A DNA stretch of 64,000 nt. It comes from Hypanus sabinus. Its lineage: Eukaryota. A program made the translations under genes and the position numbers. This document shows, in pieces, positions 61,459-64,000 of the stretch (positions are counted from its first letter, which is position 1; each line of letters starts with the position of its first letter). The stretch covers positions 38,564,001 to 38,628,000 of the forward strand of contig NC_082712.1 of the NCBI RefSeq assembly GCF_030144855.1, given 5' to 3'. The notes below the pieces were generated by a model, which made no database searches, was not told the origin of the DNA, and was given only the letters and a program-made list of their open reading frames with translations.

Positions 61459-63645
61459 GAGAAAAAAAGCTAAGGAGTAGATTTGAAAGGGGGGAGTGGG
61501 GTGAGAGAGAGAAACACCAGGCAATAGGTGAAACTTGGAGGGGGAAGGGATGAAGCATAGAGCTAGGAAGTTGATTGGTGAAAGAGACGCAGGCCATGGA
61601 AGTAAGAAAAAGGAGAGGAGGGAGGAGCACCAGAAGGAAGTGATGGGCAGGGAAGGAGGTACCATGAGAGAGGGACAAGGGGATGGGAAATAGTAAAGTG
61701 GTGGGGGGGGGGGCATTACTGGAAATTTGAGAAATCAATGTTCATGCCTTCAGGTTGGAAGCTACGCAAATGGAATGTAAGGTGTTGTTCCTCCGGTCTA
61801 AGTGTAGCCTTGTCCCAACGGTGGAGGAGGACGTGGATGGACATATCGGAATGGGAAGTGGAATTAAAATGTGTGGCCACTTGGAGATTCCACTTGTTCT
61901 GGCGGATGGAGCATAGATGCTCGGCGAGGCTGTCTCTCAATCTAAGTCAGATCTCACCGAAATACAAGAGACCACACCATGAGCACCGAACACAGTACAG
62001 ACTCACAGGTGAAGTGTCGCCTCACCTGGAAGGACTGTTTGAGGCCTTGAATAGTAGTGAGGGAGGAGGTGTAGGGGCAAGTGTAGCACTGTTCCATTTA
62101 CAAGGATAGGTGCCAGGAGGAAGATCAGTGGGGAGGGATGAATGGACAAAGGAGTCACATAGGGAGCGATCCCTGCTGAAAGTAGGGGGGGGGGGGGGAA
62201 GATGTGTTTGGTAGTGGGATCCAGTTGGAGGTAGCAGAACTTGGCCTCATTCAAAATAATTTCTCCTTTGTGTATTCTCCCACTTCCTTCAAACAAAGGG
62301 GTAGCCATGGGCACTTGCATGGTTCCCAGCTATGTCTGCCTGTTTGTCAGCTATGTGAAACAGTCTATGTTCCAAGCCTACACTGGTGACTGTCCTGCAA
62401 TTTTCTTGCGCTACCTCGATGACTGCATTGGTCCTACTTCCTGCACCCATGCTGAACTTGTCGATTTCATCCACCTTGCCTCCAATTTCCACCCTGCCCT
62501 CAAATTCAGCTGGTCCATTTCCGACACTTCCTTTCCCTTTCTCGATCTCACTGTCTCCGGAGACAGCTTATCTAATAATGTCTGTCTATTATAAACCAAT
62601 ACTCTCACAGCTACTTGGACTATACGTTGTCCCACCCTGCTACTTGTAAAAATGTCATCCCCTTCTCTCAGTTCCTCCACCTCCATTGCATCTGCTCTCA
62701 GGATTCAATTTAGAATGAAGGAGATGTCCTCCTTTCTCAAAGAAAGGGGCTTCCCTTCCTCCACCATCAACACTGCCCTCAACTGAATCTCTACACGTCT
62801 CCTTTTAACCTGTCCTCCAGCCACACTACCAGGGATAGGGTTCCTCATCCTCACCTACCAGCCTCCGCGTCCAGCACATAATTCTCCAAAACTTCCGTCA
62901 CCTCCAACTGGATTCCACCACCAAGCTCGTCTTTCCCTCTCCCCCCCCCCACTCCCCTAACTTTCTGCTTTCCCACAGGGATAGCTTCCTACGTGACTCC
63001 CTTGTCCATTCGTCTCTCCCATTGATCTCTCTCTGGCACTTATCCTTGCAAGTGGAACAAGTACTACACCTACCATGCCCCTACACCACCTCCCTCATTA
63101 CCATTAAGGGACCCAAACAGTCCTTCCAGGTGAGTCTTTTGAGGTCATGTACTGTGTACATGTACATGGCCCAATATGGCCTCCTGTATATCAGTGAGCC
63201 CTGATGTAGATTGGGAGACAACCAAACATCTACACTCCATCCGCCAGAACAAGCGGGATTTCCCAGTGGCCACCCACTTTCAATCCACTTCCCATTCCAA
63301 TATGTCCATCCATGGTCTCCTCCACTGTCGGGATAAGGCCACACTTAGGTTGAAGGAACAGCACCTTGCATTTCATTCGTTTAGCCTCCAACCTGAAGGC
63401 AAGGCATGAACATTGATTTCTCAAACTTCAGTAATGCCCCCCCACTTTACCATTTCCCATCCCCTTGTCCCTCTTTCATTGCTTCCCTCTCTTATTCCTC
63501 CCTTCCCCCACTTCTTCCACAGCCTTTCACCAACTAACTTCCTAGCTCTTTGCTGCATCCCTCCCGTTCCCAGTTTCACCTATCACCTGGCGTTTCTCTC
63601 TCCCCTGCCTCCACCTTTCAAATCCACTCCTCAGCTTTTTTTCTC

Positions 63646-63683
63646 CAGTCCTGCCGAAGGGTTTCGGCCCAAAACGTTAACTG
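63646..63683 (+). ncRNA. Minimal hammerhead ribozyme-like motif (decayed) in Penelope-like terminus
   Basis: CAGTC-CTGCCGA-AGGGTTTCGGCCC-AAAA-CGTT-AACTG; differences from the inferred consensus fall at CpG sites. Confidence 0.55.
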
Positions 63684-64000
63684 TACTTTTTTTCTCCCCC
63701 ATGGATACTGCCTGGCCTGCTGAGTTCCTCCAGCATTTTGTGTGTTGCTCATCTTTTTCACCTGTCTGTTTTTCTACTGGTATTCTAATATATTACAAGT
63801 CCATTATACTTCCCTGCTGCTTCATCAATTATTTATTCATTTATTTTGGAAATTTTCTCAAACTTTCTGGTTTATATTAACTTTTAGATTGTAGAATCAA
63901 TTCAAACTCGATCTTCACTTATTGAATTGTTTTCACCCAAATGCTAAAATTGTCATGTGGTTGGAAGAATGCCATTAGTATTTGGGGTAAATTTTCACTT

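Larger units (their letters stand above)
61325..63750. mobile_element. Penelope-like retroelement: 5'-truncated RT plus GIY-YIG copy (+) preceded by an inverted 3' repeat (-)
   Basis: + strand 62233-63750: GVAMGTCMVPSYVCLFV, FLRYLDDC, NFHPALKFSW, FPFLDL, VYYKP, VATHFQSTSH...LRLKEQHL; - strand 61325-62232 mirrors ~62900-63750. Confidence 0.9.

Noticed and set aside
44878-64000. Third CERT1 coding exon (expected PHDFDECRFDISVNDS-like)
   Set aside because: Not found by eye; probably beyond the window, though I could have missed it.

Overview
Repeat-rich vertebrate genomic DNA, most likely from a cartilaginous fish (shark or ray; inferred from the CR1, V-SINE/HE1-like and Penelope-like repeat content). 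It contains the head-to-head gene pair POLK (- strand) and CERT1/COL4A3BP (+ strand). POLK has six coding exons here, from ATG 26168 off the left window edge, with the DMD and SLDEAY catalytic motifs intact. CERT1 has its first two coding exons (43943-44035 and 44743-44877), encoding the start of the PH domain. There are two separate promoter-like CpG-rich islands (~34.3-34.85 kb and ~43.65-44.3 kb) about 9 kb apart, rather than one compact bidirectional promoter. The rest is decayed, often nested mobile DNA: a near full-length hAT/Buster transposon split by a solo LTR, Tigger/pogo derivatives, CR1 and Rex1/L2-type LINE pieces, SINEs, a Gypsy remnant, a class I ERV pol remnant, and many Penelope-like (GIY-YIG) copies. 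The Penelope-like 3' ends carry a minimal hammerhead-ribozyme motif and recur as inverted fold-back structures. I found no evidence of a wholly new protein-coding system. The best leads are the hammerhead-bearing inverted Penelope family, the apparently split POLK/CERT1 promoter, and a strong-context uORF in frame with CERT1. Repeat boundaries are by eye and approximate unless termini or TSDs are quoted.
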